Assembly (NCBI GenBank): GCA_014896535.1
Contig: JADBKE010000008.1
Span: 118,438-182,437 of the forward strand
Reading direction: 5' to 3'
Length of the DNA stretch: 64,000 nucleotides
Source of the DNA: Candidatus Fermentithermobacillaceae bacterium
GTDB lineage: Bacteria; Bacillota; Sulfobacillia; Fermentithermobacillales; DUSS01
Made by a program: the position numbers and the translations under genes. The notes under the pieces are model-generated. The model saw only the letters and a list, made by a program, of their open reading frames with translations, was not told the DNA's origin and searched no databases. How positions within the stretch are numbered: position 1 is the first letter of the stretch; every line of letters begins with the position of its first letter. Shown here one piece after another: positions 40,882 to 50,188 of this stretch.

Positions 40882-41964
40882 CTAAGCGCGCCCCTGCTTC
40901 GCAGGACGTTCCGGGTCGTCTTTCAAGCTCTTCGCCTGCGACTCCGGACGGATATCCACTTTCCAACCCGTGAGTTTTGCGGCGAGTCGTGCGTTCTGGC
41001 CTTCTTTGCCTATGGCAAGGGAGAACTGGTAATCCGGTACGATCACCCGGGCCAATTTGCTCTCGGGAAACACTTCGGCCTTGATGACCCGGGCCGGACT
41101 CAGCGCATTTGCAACAAATTTTGCCGGATCTTCGTCCCATTCGATGATGTCAATGCGCTCGCCTTTGAGCGCCTGTACCACCGACTGTACCCTCGAGCCT
41201 CTCGGCCCGACGCAGGCGCCCAGGGCGTCTACTTCGGGGAGGGTAGCCCGAACAGCCACTTTCGATCGGGAACCGGGTTCGCGGGCGATCGCGCGTATCT
41301 CGACCACCCCGTCGTTGATTTCCGGCACCTCAAGCTCGAACAGCCTCTTCAGGAGACCCGGGTGCGTCCGGGACAATATTATCTCCGGGCCTTTGCTCGT
41401 CTTCTTAACTTCCACGATGTATGCCTTTATGCGCTCACCCTGCGTGAGTTTCTCGCCTTTCACCTGCTCCTGAGGTGGGATAATACCTTCCACCCTACCC
41501 AGGTCCACTATGACCGTCCGGCCTTCAATCCGGGCCACTATCCCCGTTACAACGTCCCCTTCGCGGGACGCAAACTCTTCGTATATCATCCCGCGCTCCG
41601 CTTCCCGCAGCTTTTGGATAACCACCTGCTTGGCAGTTTGCGCGGCGATCCTCCCGAAACCCTCCGCCGCAATTTCCTCTTCCACAACGTCCCCTACCTT
41701 ATAGGAAGGATCTTTTTCTCTGGCCTGTTCCAGGGATATTTCGGTCTTGGGATCGGTTACTTTCTCCACGACCGTGCGGCGGGATAGCACGCGGATTTTG
41801 CCGGTGTCCCGCATGACCTGGATGCGGACGTTTTGAGTCGTACCGTAGTTCTTTCTGTAGGCCGACAGAAGAGCTGCCTCAAGGGCTTCGAACAGCGCGT
41901 CTCTGGACACGCCTCTCTCCCGTTCGAGCTGGCTGATAGCTGCCAGGATCTCGACATCCTTCAA
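40882..41964 (-). CDS. nusA: Transcription termination/antitermination factor NusA
   Basis: FGRIAAQTAKQV, ILSRTHP, AREPGSRSKVAV, AIGKEGQNARLAAKLTGWKVDI. Confidence 0.97.
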   Translation of the reverse strand: MKDVEILAAISQLERERGVSRDALFEALEAALLSAYRKNYGTTQNVRIQVMRDTGKIRVLSRRTVVEKVTDPKTEISLEQAREKDPSYKVGDVVEEEIAAEGFGRIAAQTAKQVVIQKLREAERGMIYEEFASREGDVVTGIVARIEGRTVIVDLGRVEGIIPPQEQVKGEKLTQGERIKAYIVEVKKTSKGPEIILSRTHPGLLKRLFELEVPEINDGVVEIRAIAREPGSRSKVAVRATLPEVDALGACVGPRGSRVQSVVQALKGERIDIIEWDEDPAKFVANALSPARVIKAEVFPESKLARVIVPDYQFSLAIGKEGQNARLAAKLTGWKVDIRPESQAKSLKDDPERPAKQGRA

Positions 41965-42443
41965 TGCTTCCCGCCTCCTTCCTCCGGTCTGAATAGGAGC
42001 TTGACCCTGGAAACGTTCTGTCTGGGGAACGACATCCGGCCGTGGGTGGTATCGACGACGACATCGCCTTCCTCGAGACCCACCAGGACGCCCTCATACT
42101 GCCGCTTTCCCTCCACGGGTGCGAACAGGTTCACCTGAACATCTCGTCCTGCAAATACCTGGAACTCCCGGTCCCTCCTGAGAGTTCTCTCGAGTCCCGG
42201 CGAGGAAATCTCCAGGTTATACGACCCTTCGATCGGGTCCTCTCTGTCGAGGACCTCTCCGAAAGCTCTGTCCATGGCCTCACAGTCGTCGAGCGTTATT
42301 CCCTCGGGTTTGTAGATGGTCACCCTGAGGATGCGGTGCCCTCCCTCGGTGAGGAACTCCGTGTCCAGCACCTCCAGGCCGAGTCTTCGGGCAACCGGCT
42401 CGGCAAGGCGAAGCGTCGTTTCCTCGATGTCCCGACGGTTCAC
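41961..42443 (-). CDS. rimP: Ribosome maturation factor RimP
   Basis: GITLDDCE, YNLEISSPGLER; GTG start 42443 after GGAGGGGG. Confidence 0.95.
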   Translation of the reverse strand: MNRRDIEETTLRLAEPVARRLGLEVLDTEFLTEGGHRILRVTIYKPEGITLDDCEAMDRAFGEVLDREDPIEGSYNLEISSPGLERTLRRDREFQVFAGRDVQVNLFAPVEGKRQYEGVLVGLEEGDVVVDTTHGRMSFPRQNVSRVKLLFRPEEGGGKH

Positions 42444-42463
42444 GCTCGTTCCCCCTCCGATAC

Positions 42464-42496
42464 ATATAAAAAGTGGGTTTGCCGAACCCACTCCGT
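42464..42496 (-). promoter_or_regulatory. rimP leader terminator/attenuator hairpin
   Basis: GAGUGGGUU-CGGCA-AACCCACUU followed by UUUUAU between the promoter and the rimP RBS; the GAGUGGG...CCCACU hairpin is the known rimP-leader motif. Confidence 0.8.
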
Positions 42497-42537
42497 TAAT
42501 GCTCCGCGTTGAGTTTTCCAGAACTTATCCGAATTTT

Positions 42538-42566
42538 AGTATACCACGCAGCGAAGGGCGAAACAA
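42538..42566 (-). promoter_or_regulatory. Sigma-A promoter of the rimP-nusA-infB operon
   Basis: TTGTTT-N17-TATACT with TG extension on the minus strand. Confidence 0.7.
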
Positions 42567-42644
42567 CGCAAAGCAGTAGTGTCGCGCCTTCCAGGCATTC
42601 GCCGGCGAAAGCCGATTTGAAAAGCGTGATTACCCTCAGTTGGC

Positions 42645-42673
42645 TTGGATCTTTCGCCCGGGGATGGTAGAAT
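42645..42673 (+). promoter_or_regulatory. Sigma-A promoter of the MNT-HEPN pair
   Basis: TTGGAT-N17-TAGAAT with TG extension. Confidence 0.6.
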
Positions 42674-42716
42674 GTTGGTGTGAGCAGCGAGAAGTCGTGT
42701 ACAGGGAGGTCCCGGC

Positions 42717-43058
42717 ATGCCTTTCAGGATCGGTCCGGACGAAGAACGCCGTGCCCGTCTGGAACTGGAGCTGCAGAGGATGACCGCCCTGTTCCCGCAG
42801 ATGGGGGTCAAAAAGGCCATACTCTTCGGCTCGCTGGCGCGAGGCGACGTGACCGAATCCAGCGACATCAACCTTATACTTATCAAGGACACCACTAAAA
42901 AACTCTCCGACAGGCTTGAGGAGGCCTTGCTGACCCTTGACCCCCGGGTCAGCCTGGATGTTCTGGTCTACACACCAGAGGAGTTCGAGGATCTGCTCGA
43001 AACCACGCCCTTGCTCCAGGATGCCGTTCGTGAGGGGAGGGTTATTTATGAAGCCTGA
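42717..43058 (+). CDS. Minimal nucleotidyltransferase (MNT) antitoxin-like protein
   Basis: ILFGSLARGD...SDINL, LDVLVYTPEE, REGRVIYE; overlaps the HEPN gene. Confidence 0.88.
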   Translation: MPFRIGPDEERRARLELELQRMTALFPQMGVKKAILFGSLARGDVTESSDINLILIKDTTKKLSDRLEEALLTLDPRVSLDVLVYTPEEFEDLLETTPLLQDAVREGRVIYEA

Positions 43059-43455
43059 CCCGGCAGCCGAAGGTCGCCGCTGGTTCGCCCAAGCGGAGCG
43101 CGATCTGGCTTCGGCCATCGACCTCAGCGACCACTGCCACTACAACGTAGCCTGTTTCCAGTGCCAGCAAGTCATTGATAAGGCCCTGAAGGCATTCCTC
43201 TACTACCGTGGGGCCCGAGAAGTGCGGGGTCATTCCGCAGCGGAGCTCTGTCAGGACGCTGCGTCCCTGGACCCGAGCTTTGCAGAGCTACGACCCATTG
43301 TCGTTCCTGCTGACAAGTACTATATCTCCACCCGCTACCCCGATGGGTTTGCCTACGGCAGCCTGCCCTACGAAGCTTACGACGCCGAAGATGCCGCCAA
43401 AGCCATCCGTATGGCCCGGCAGGCACTGGAATTCATCAGGGTTCGGCTACGCTAG
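43048..43455 (+). CDS. HEPN domain protein (COG2250-type)
   Basis: RWFAQAERDLASA, ACFQCQQVIDKALKA, GHS, YYISTRYPD, EDAAKAI; ATG 43048 after GGGGAGG. Confidence 0.88.
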   Translation: MKPDPAAEGRRWFAQAERDLASAIDLSDHCHYNVACFQCQQVIDKALKAFLYYRGAREVRGHSAAELCQDAASLDPSFAELRPIVVPADKYYISTRYPDGFAYGSLPYEAYDAEDAAKAIRMARQALEFIRVRLR

Positions 43456-43464
43456 GCGAGCTCC

Positions 43465-44652
43465 TTACCAGCTTTCGGAAATCCTCGCCCACACTAACCT
43501 GTCTTCAAAAACGCCATCCCTGAGAGATGCCTTTCTCAGACGAGCCTCCTGGCGAAAACCCATGCGTTCTAAGATGTCGAACAACCAGAGCTCATCGGTA
43601 TAGGTTTCCATCTCCAAGCGATGAAACCCCAACCAGTTATCAGCGAGGCCCACGACCGCTCTGAGAAGATCCCGCGCTACGGTTCGGGCGATATAAGACG
43701 TATCGGGGGGAATACAGAGTAGCGATACCGTAGCCATCCGCGCCATCCTGAAACGGCCAGGAATCAGGGTAATCTCTCCGTACACGGACTCCTTGCTCGT
43801 CCAGACGAACGTGTGGCGATCAATGGCCTTTTCCAGGTCCTCCGCAATCTTTTCGACCGTTGGGACGTTCCACGGAAGGAATGAGCTCTGCCGGAGAACG
43901 CCCGGGTTTTCGTATAACTTGCGGATGTTTGGAGCATCGGCTGGGACCGGAGGCCTCACCTCACTCTTGAGACGTTCTCCCATCCCACCGAGGTCCATCT
44001 CTCTGACTTCATTCGCAAGGGCCGGAGCGTTACTTTCGCGATCCTGCCCGTTCGCCGCCGAAGCTTCGCTTGGGGTGGCTTCTACTTCCGCCTGCCGGCT
44101 TTCCGACGGACCCGGCGCGACTGGCTCCTGCGACGGACCCGAACCCGCCGGTTCAATCCGGCTCATCACCAGCGTATCCACGTATTTCCCTTGTCGTATC
44201 GCGACTCCCCTCTTGCGCCCCTCAACCTCGAACCCGAACTTCCGGTAGAGCGCCACCGCCCGTTCGTTATCGGGGTACACTTCCAGCTCGATCCTAAGAG
44301 GACTCCACCAGCGTCGCGCTGTGTCGAGACACGCTTCCATCAGAGCCGTACCAATCCCCTGGCCGTGATATGCCGGGTCCACGGACATACCCAATCCGGC
44401 CACATGACGCTTTCGTCCGGTACCGCGCTGCATTCCGGCGTTACCAACTACCCTCCCCTTATCCGGACCTTCTGCGAGCTCTGCCACGAGCGAGAACCCA
44501 TCTTCAGAACCCTCCACCATCCGGTTGAGCGACGGAAGACGGCGGGACGGAAATTGCAAAGTACCCCACACCACCTCAGGCCTTGTAAGGATGTAATGTA
44601 TGGCCTCTATATCCTCTTTACGGACGAACCGCACATTGACCTTGGGCGACAT
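43465..44652 (-). CDS. Tandem GNAT N-acetyltransferase (two RimJ/YhhY-like domains)
   Basis: Domain 1: RHVAGLGMSVDPAYHGQGIGTALM, RIELEVYPDNERAVALYRKFGF. Domain 2: LADNWLGFHRLEMETY...GFRQEARLR. Joined by a P/S/E/A-rich linker. Confidence 0.85.
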   Translation of the reverse strand: MSPKVNVRFVRKEDIEAIHYILTRPEVVWGTLQFPSRRLPSLNRMVEGSEDGFSLVAELAEGPDKGRVVGNAGMQRGTGRKRHVAGLGMSVDPAYHGQGIGTALMEACLDTARRWWSPLRIELEVYPDNERAVALYRKFGFEVEGRKRGVAIRQGKYVDTLVMSRIEPAGSGPSQEPVAPGPSESRQAEVEATPSEASAANGQDRESNAPALANEVREMDLGGMGERLKSEVRPPVPADAPNIRKLYENPGVLRQSSFLPWNVPTVEKIAEDLEKAIDRHTFVWTSKESVYGEITLIPGRFRMARMATVSLLCIPPDTSYIARTVARDLLRAVVGLADNWLGFHRLEMETYTDELWLFDILERMGFRQEARLRKASLRDGVFEDRLVWARISESW

Positions 44653-44974
44653 TCTAAACCCACCTCCTGCGAAACGAGGGTTTGGCAGATCATATCACGG
44701 CAGGACGAGCTTGCGACCTAGTTCCATGAGGTTCTCGAGAATCCATGCTTCGGCAACGCACCATCCCATTCGATTGCCCACCCAGGGGATGAGCTTTCCT
44801 AGAGGACACCTGTCCCTCTGCGGCGCGTCATACCAGGCGTGAGGAACGCTTTGCTCAGCGGCACGGGACATCCATCATTGCGAAATGGTCCCAAGTTGAG
44901 CGGTGAGACCGGGGGTCGCGAGGAGAAAGCTCAAGGCAGGAGGCTCTGAACAGGGCCGACGGAGGAATGTGCGG

Positions 44975-46291
44975 TCATCTGGCCCCGCCAGAAATATCCC
45001 TCAAAACCTGCCCGAAGTCGATCCCCAAGATGACCTTGTTCCTATAGTTTCGTTCTATCGTGCGAATCCCGTCTTCCAGATGTCTGGACCTGATTCCGTG
45101 CTCAGTCGAAAGATAAGCCTCCATGTACGCCGCCACTTCATCGCAAGCCTTTATCAGCGAGCCGTCCATGGGGGAAAACTCGTCGCGGTTATATTGCTCG
45201 CCTATCTCCTCCTTTAGCACCTTGGGGACACCGTTGACGACAATTTTATTGGCAAACTCATCTTCCACGTAGTACCGGATGTCCTGGTGCCAGGCAGCGG
45301 GGAGCAGCGGGAGGATCTTTTCTTCCATTTGTCTTTTCTCTATCTCTTTGATGATGTCGTCGAGCCCTTCAACTGACTTCTTGATGGGTGAAACGATGTC
45401 CCTGGTCAGGACCTCCGGCAGGTCGTGGAACAGTCCCCCGAAGAAATCGTTGCATATCCGGCGGGGGCAAGCTTTGATGTGCTTGGCGCACACGTACGAG
45501 AGTATCGCCACTATCAGCATGTGACCCAGCACCGAAGTGGAGGGAATCCTCGGCGTCTGAGCCCACCTCTGCTGGAACCTGAGCTGGCCGACCAGATCCA
45601 GAAAATGACTGGTCTTCTTCCCGAGGGCGAGTTTCTGGACGCCGACGAGATTCGAGTGGTCTTCGAGCTGGTTTTCCACTTCTTCGCGGGTAGCTTCGAG
45701 CCCGTACAGGGTGCGGTTGAGGTTGTAGATGATCTGGAATTCCCAGTTCGTGGCCAGGTAGTGGGCCGCCCGCAGGATCTTGCGCTCGAGAGTCCACCGT
45801 GGAGCTGGCTCGTGCCGAGCGACCTCAGTGGAACCGGCTAAGCCCGCGGAACTGCCACGACTCATCCAACCATCGCGGTCGGTGGAAGGATTCGAACAGG
45901 AATCGCCAGGTTCCGCGTCAATGGCAAAGTAAGACCGGAAGACCTCGGGGAAATCCGGCGCCATGTCTTTAAGGACATCGCGGAGTTCCCGCCACACCCA
46001 TCTGTTCAGTTTCGGACCTTGCTCGGCCATGAGCTTGTGGTATATGGGAGGCTTTATGTCGGTGAGCTTTATCCGTTGCAGGAATTCGCAAAGCCCCCCT
46101 TCTATCAGGGCAAGCCAATCAACCCTGGCGTTGCTTTCCGATTCTTCGAATTTGGCCAGGACGTACGCGTACACCATTTTGTGAGCTTGCTTGTCGAGCT
46201 CTGTGAACCCCTGGGCAGGTCTTATGTGATCGTTCCACCGCTGGATACTTGCGGCGTCATATAAAAGCCGAAGCAGTGAACCGGTGATCAC
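44975..46291 (-). CDS. Tandem YfbR-like HD-domain phosphohydrolase
   Basis: IQRWND...ELDKQAHK and a second copy FQQRW...SVLGHML...FHDLPE...KACD. Confidence 0.82.
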   Translation of the reverse strand: MITGSLLRLLYDAASIQRWNDHIRPAQGFTELDKQAHKMVYAYVLAKFEESESNARVDWLALIEGGLCEFLQRIKLTDIKPPIYHKLMAEQGPKLNRWVWRELRDVLKDMAPDFPEVFRSYFAIDAEPGDSCSNPSTDRDGWMSRGSSAGLAGSTEVARHEPAPRWTLERKILRAAHYLATNWEFQIIYNLNRTLYGLEATREEVENQLEDHSNLVGVQKLALGKKTSHFLDLVGQLRFQQRWAQTPRIPSTSVLGHMLIVAILSYVCAKHIKACPRRICNDFFGGLFHDLPEVLTRDIVSPIKKSVEGLDDIIKEIEKRQMEEKILPLLPAAWHQDIRYYVEDEFANKIVVNGVPKVLKEEIGEQYNRDEFSPMDGSLIKACDEVAAYMEAYLSTEHGIRSRHLEDGIRTIERNYRNKVILGIDFGQVLRDISGGAR

Positions 46292-46321
46292 CGATGGTGC
46301 CTCCCTAGATGCCTCAAGTCT

Positions 46322-47089
46322 TCAAGCCCGACCTTCCGCTGTCAATCGATTTTGAATAAGATAATCCACCGATTCCGCCAGGGCTTTCGAAACACGTTCC
46401 TCCGCAGACCGGAGATTCTCGGACTGAAAGCCCTCTTCCCACTTTTCCCGGAAAAGCTCGTCCGTGATCACGAGCACTGCTGCGAACTCCACGTTCCGGT
46501 ACATGGCGATAGACATGAGGGCGGTGCACTCCATCTCTACGGCCAAGACTCCCTGGCGCGCGTAAAGCTCTACCTTCTGCCTGGTTTCACGGTAAGGCGC
46601 GTCTGTAGACCACACGCCACCTTCGACCGGGGCAATTGGTTCTAACGCCGTCCTTAACCGTTCGAAGAGAATGGGTGATGGCCTGCATTCGACCGCTGGA
46701 GGTAGGTAATGGTAGGACGTCCCTTCTTCCCTGACCCCAAAACTCGGTAATACAACCGATCCGATTCTGCAACGAGAAGATAAGGACCCCGCCTGACCCA
46801 GCATGACCAAACGCCCGATCCCCGATGCTATCAGCGTTTCCATGAGCATCCCTGCAGCAGGAGACCCGAAAGAGGAATGATATAACACGACCCGGCTATC
46901 CATCGCACCTTCAACAGCCCCTGGTAAACGAGGGGCCGGACGATCCTCCGGCAGACCCAAAAAAGTCCTGAGCAAGGCAAAGATCCTTCGGGAGAAGCAT
47001 AAGATCGCCATCTCTGATTCAATTTCGGCAGCAAATGCCCTCGGTTCTATTAACCCTGGTTCGTCGGAAAACCACACCGGCACGGGCAT
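46322..47089 (-). CDS. Nucleoside phosphorylase (PNP/UDP family 1)
   Basis: GSPAAG, GQAGSL, REEGTSYHYL, WSTDAPYRET, AVEMEC. Confidence 0.88.
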   Translation of the reverse strand: MPVPVWFSDEPGLIEPRAFAAEIESEMAILCFSRRIFALLRTFLGLPEDRPAPRLPGAVEGAMDSRVVLYHSSFGSPAAGMLMETLIASGIGRLVMLGQAGSLSSRCRIGSVVLPSFGVREEGTSYHYLPPAVECRPSPILFERLRTALEPIAPVEGGVWSTDAPYRETRQKVELYARQGVLAVEMECTALMSIAMYRNVEFAAVLVITDELFREKWEEGFQSENLRSAEERVSKALAESVDYLIQNRLTAEGRA

Positions 47090-47279
47090 GTTTCCTCACC
47101 TCTGTTCGGTGCTTGAGGAATTCTACCGTATTGCCGAGGTTACCTGCACAGCAAGCACGCTGCTGGTGCATGATAATCTAGTAAGTGTTGCCTGTTTCTG
47201 TGCTTACCTCGGTGATGTAGAATAATCCTTGTGCGAATTTTGGAAGTCGGCAACTGGGTAGGCTGGAGGTCAGAACTTC

Positions 47280-48425
47280 GTGCGTTCTCAGGAGTCCCTT
47301 CTCGGAATAGCCCTTGGCGGCGGAGCAGCCCGGGGGCTTAGCCACATAGGCGTCCTGAAAACGTTGGAAAGGGCGGGTATAGTACCCGTAGCTATATCCG
47401 GCTCCAGCATCGGTTCCGTCATCGCAGCTTCGTACGCATGCGGAACGCTCCGGGAGCTCGAGGAAACTGCGACCTCCCTTACGAGGCGGGACTTAATCGA
47501 GTATGCTGACATTTATTTCAGAGGCGGGGTTTTAAAAGGAGAAGCTCTCTGGGAGGGAATACGCCGGTTCACGAAGGACATGACTTTCGAGGACGTCTCG
47601 GAACGGGGCATCTCTTTGATCATTGTGGCGGCGGACCTGGCGACCGGAGAACCGGTGTTTCTGATGGAAGGCAGCATCGCCGATGCGGTGAGGGCCAGCA
47701 TTTCTGTGCCGGGCCTCTTCGGCCCGGTCAAAGTGAACGGTCGCGTGCTGGTAGACGGCGGACTGGTCGACCTCATGCCGGTTGATGCATTGATTGACAC
47801 CAAGGCAGACGTCCTACTCGGTGTAGACGTCTTCAGCAGGTCAGACCTCTGGACCCGCGCCGCAACGAACGCACGTGTATCGGTCGGATTTGCCCGGCGC
47901 ATGTGGAGAGAGGTATTGCGGTTCGCTGAAAGTGAAGTAATCAACAGAGTGGCGTACGCCGAGCAACTAGCTCGCATGGTGTTCGTGGAGAGGTTCGGAA
48001 GTCATATACAGAGTACTTTCAGCCGGATATACGCGGCCCTGATCTCGGATAACGGCGCTCAATACGACGACCGGCATGCGCCCGAAGATCTGGAGACGGC
48101 GCTCACGCGCGCTTTTCGGGCGGGTGAGATTGCCGAACCCGGCCCTACGGGACAAGAGAGAAGCGACAAAGCAAACCAAGGGGAGCCAAAAGGCTGGAGC
48201 ACGGTCAAGGCGATACTGGCGGCCTTTGACATCACCGAAGCTCTTCTGCAGTCTCCCCGCGAAGGAGTAAAGCCGGACTTGCTGATCCGTCCGCGGGTCC
48301 AGCGTTTTCACGGTCACCAGTTTTATCGCGCAAGGGAAATAATCCGGGAGGGCGAAATCGCCGCCCAAGAGATACTTCCAGATCTCATCGCGATAATGGA
48401 AACAAGAGCGGGGTCGCGCCGGTGA
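47280..48425 (+). CDS. Patatin-like phospholipase
   Basis: GGGAARG oxyanion loop, GSSIG nucleophile, ASISVPGLF, LVDGG. Confidence 0.9.
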   Translation: MRSQESLLGIALGGGAARGLSHIGVLKTLERAGIVPVAISGSSIGSVIAASYACGTLRELEETATSLTRRDLIEYADIYFRGGVLKGEALWEGIRRFTKDMTFEDVSERGISLIIVAADLATGEPVFLMEGSIADAVRASISVPGLFGPVKVNGRVLVDGGLVDLMPVDALIDTKADVLLGVDVFSRSDLWTRAATNARVSVGFARRMWREVLRFAESEVINRVAYAEQLARMVFVERFGSHIQSTFSRIYAALISDNGAQYDDRHAPEDLETALTRAFRAGEIAEPGPTGQERSDKANQGEPKGWSTVKAILAAFDITEALLQSPREGVKPDLLIRPRVQRFHGHQFYRAREIIREGEIAAQEILPDLIAIMETRAGSRR

Positions 48426-48563
48426 TCCGGTGAGATCGTACCCGGGGGTTACAATACCCGGATACTAGCAGAAAAGTGAACCTTGGCATTCAGTGTACTG
48501 AATCCCTGGCAGGAATGGTGACGATACCATCAATACCGGCAGAGAAGTGGACGGGGACCTGCA

Positions 48564-49922
48564 GTGAAACTCAAAATAGCGTTTTTCTCCGACTCCTTTC
48601 GCGACGACCTCGGCGGGCTCACAAAAGCCGTCACCGGTCTTCACGATGCCCTCATATCTCAAGGTCATCAGGTAACGGTCTTCACGCTGCCCCAGAAGAC
48701 CAAACCCCTGCACAGCGGGGACGTTATATTCGTGCCCGCTCTTCCCCTTTCCGGGCTGCCCGGTATCCCCTCGGACTCATACTTTGGCTATGGGTATGCC
48801 AGAGTGCTAAAAGCCCTTCAAAGCATCAAACCCGACATCGTGCACGTTCATACCGTGTACCCCGTGGGGTGGATAGGGCTACTGGCAGCCGCGAAGCTAA
48901 AAATCGCCGCTGTGGCGACGTATCACGCCAACATTAAAATCGCGCTATCGCTCCTCACACAGAGGTCCCCGGGTCAGCAGAGTAGACATCCCGGCGGGGC
49001 TGACGCGAACTCATTTAAGAAGGGATCCCGTGTACCCATGGTCAACAACCTCGTTCAAGGAGCCGCTAGGCTCGCTGACAGGGGGATATCCGCAGGGGCG
49101 CGGTCGTTTTACAACCGCTTCAACGCCGTCATCGCCCCTTCCGAGTTCGCGGCAAACTCCCTTCGCAGTTTCGGGGTCACCGCTCCCATTCACGTGATAC
49201 CCTCCGGAATAGATACCCGCCTCTTTTCCCCGAGTCCGTCAGGGACTGGCTTGAGCGAATATGTCCCATCGAGCATGGCCACGTGCGCCGCAAGCTCCTT
49301 CCCTCGGAATCCGGCAGAACCGGCAGAGCATATCTCACCGTGCAACGTCCTTTATGCCGGAAGGCTCAGCGCAGAAAAGGGTGTTGAGACCTTGATCCGG
49401 GTCGTCAAGACGCTGGGGGACGAATGGTCACCGGACGACGGCGACGTGCTAAAGGGCACAAACGTGTCGGGAGAACTCCGCTTCACCATTGCGGGAGATG
49501 GCCCTCTCAGACGGAGACTCGAACGTGATCTGAAGTACCTGGTTGAACAAGGGACGGTTGAATTCAGAGGGTTTGTGCCGTGGGATCGGATGCCTGACGA
49601 ATATCGAAGAGCCCAGGTGTTCTTCTTACCCTCGCCCGCCGAAACCCAGGGGCTTGCGGCTCTAGAGGCCATGGCTTCAGGATTACCCGTGGTCGCAGTA
49701 AAAGCTGGCGCTATTCCCGAATTCGTCGAGCACGGGAAGAGCGGCTTTCTGTTTGAACCGGAAGACACCGAGGGGATGTCCAACGCCATACGGAACCTAG
49801 CAGCAGACCCCGGATTGAGACGCCGTGTGGGTGAAAAAGCTCGGGCTCGTGCTATGAGATTCGACTGGCGAGAGCTTGTGGGGAAGTTTATCGATCTATA
49901 CACGCAGTATCTTCGTTGTTAA
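48564..49922 (+). CDS. Glycosyltransferase family 4 (diacylglycerol glucosyltransferase-like)
   Basis: KIAFFSDSF...GG, PDIVHVHT, VIAPS, YAGRLSAEKG, ETQGLAALEAMASGLPVV. Confidence 0.9.
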   Translation: MKLKIAFFSDSFRDDLGGLTKAVTGLHDALISQGHQVTVFTLPQKTKPLHSGDVIFVPALPLSGLPGIPSDSYFGYGYARVLKALQSIKPDIVHVHTVYPVGWIGLLAAAKLKIAAVATYHANIKIALSLLTQRSPGQQSRHPGGADANSFKKGSRVPMVNNLVQGAARLADRGISAGARSFYNRFNAVIAPSEFAANSLRSFGVTAPIHVIPSGIDTRLFSPSPSGTGLSEYVPSSMATCAASSFPRNPAEPAEHISPCNVLYAGRLSAEKGVETLIRVVKTLGDEWSPDDGDVLKGTNVSGELRFTIAGDGPLRRRLERDLKYLVEQGTVEFRGFVPWDRMPDEYRRAQVFFLPSPAETQGLAALEAMASGLPVVAVKAGAIPEFVEHGKSGFLFEPEDTEGMSNAIRNLAADPGLRRRVGEKARARAMRFDWRELVGKFIDLYTQYLRC

Positions 49923-50022
49923 GAGCAGCCACGTCGCCCTCTCTAATACCCAGTATCTTGCGGGCACTCACCGGCATGGCCATCTGCCCCTTATTGGCTG
50001 CGCGTAGGATTTCATAAGCCAT
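49888..50022 (-). pseudogene. Truncated AbrB/MazE/SpoVT-family DNA-binding (antitoxin) gene
   Basis: GGGGGTG RBS, MAYEILRAANKGQMAMPVSARKILGIREGD, matching the AbrB KGQ.T.P...R..LGI.EGD pattern; the frame runs into the 3' end of the GT4 gene. Confidence 0.65.
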
Positions 50023-50083
50023 GGGACACCCCCAGTAAGCAATTCTTACCGTGTCTTAGCGTGCTGCACCAAGTGTCAGCTGT

Positions 50084-50188
50084 ACGGAAGTCGGAGAAGA
50101 GTATGGTTTGGGACAGCAGGATATCTTGCTGGTACTGGCATACGCTGGCAAGGTAGTGGGGCAGGAGCAGGTACGGGTGCCAGCATGA
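50084..50188 (+). pseudogene. C-terminal remnant of a DUF433 antitoxin
   Basis: EVGEEYGLGQQDILLVLAYAGKVVGQEQVRVPA*; the stop overlaps the next ATG (ATGA). Confidence 0.6.
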
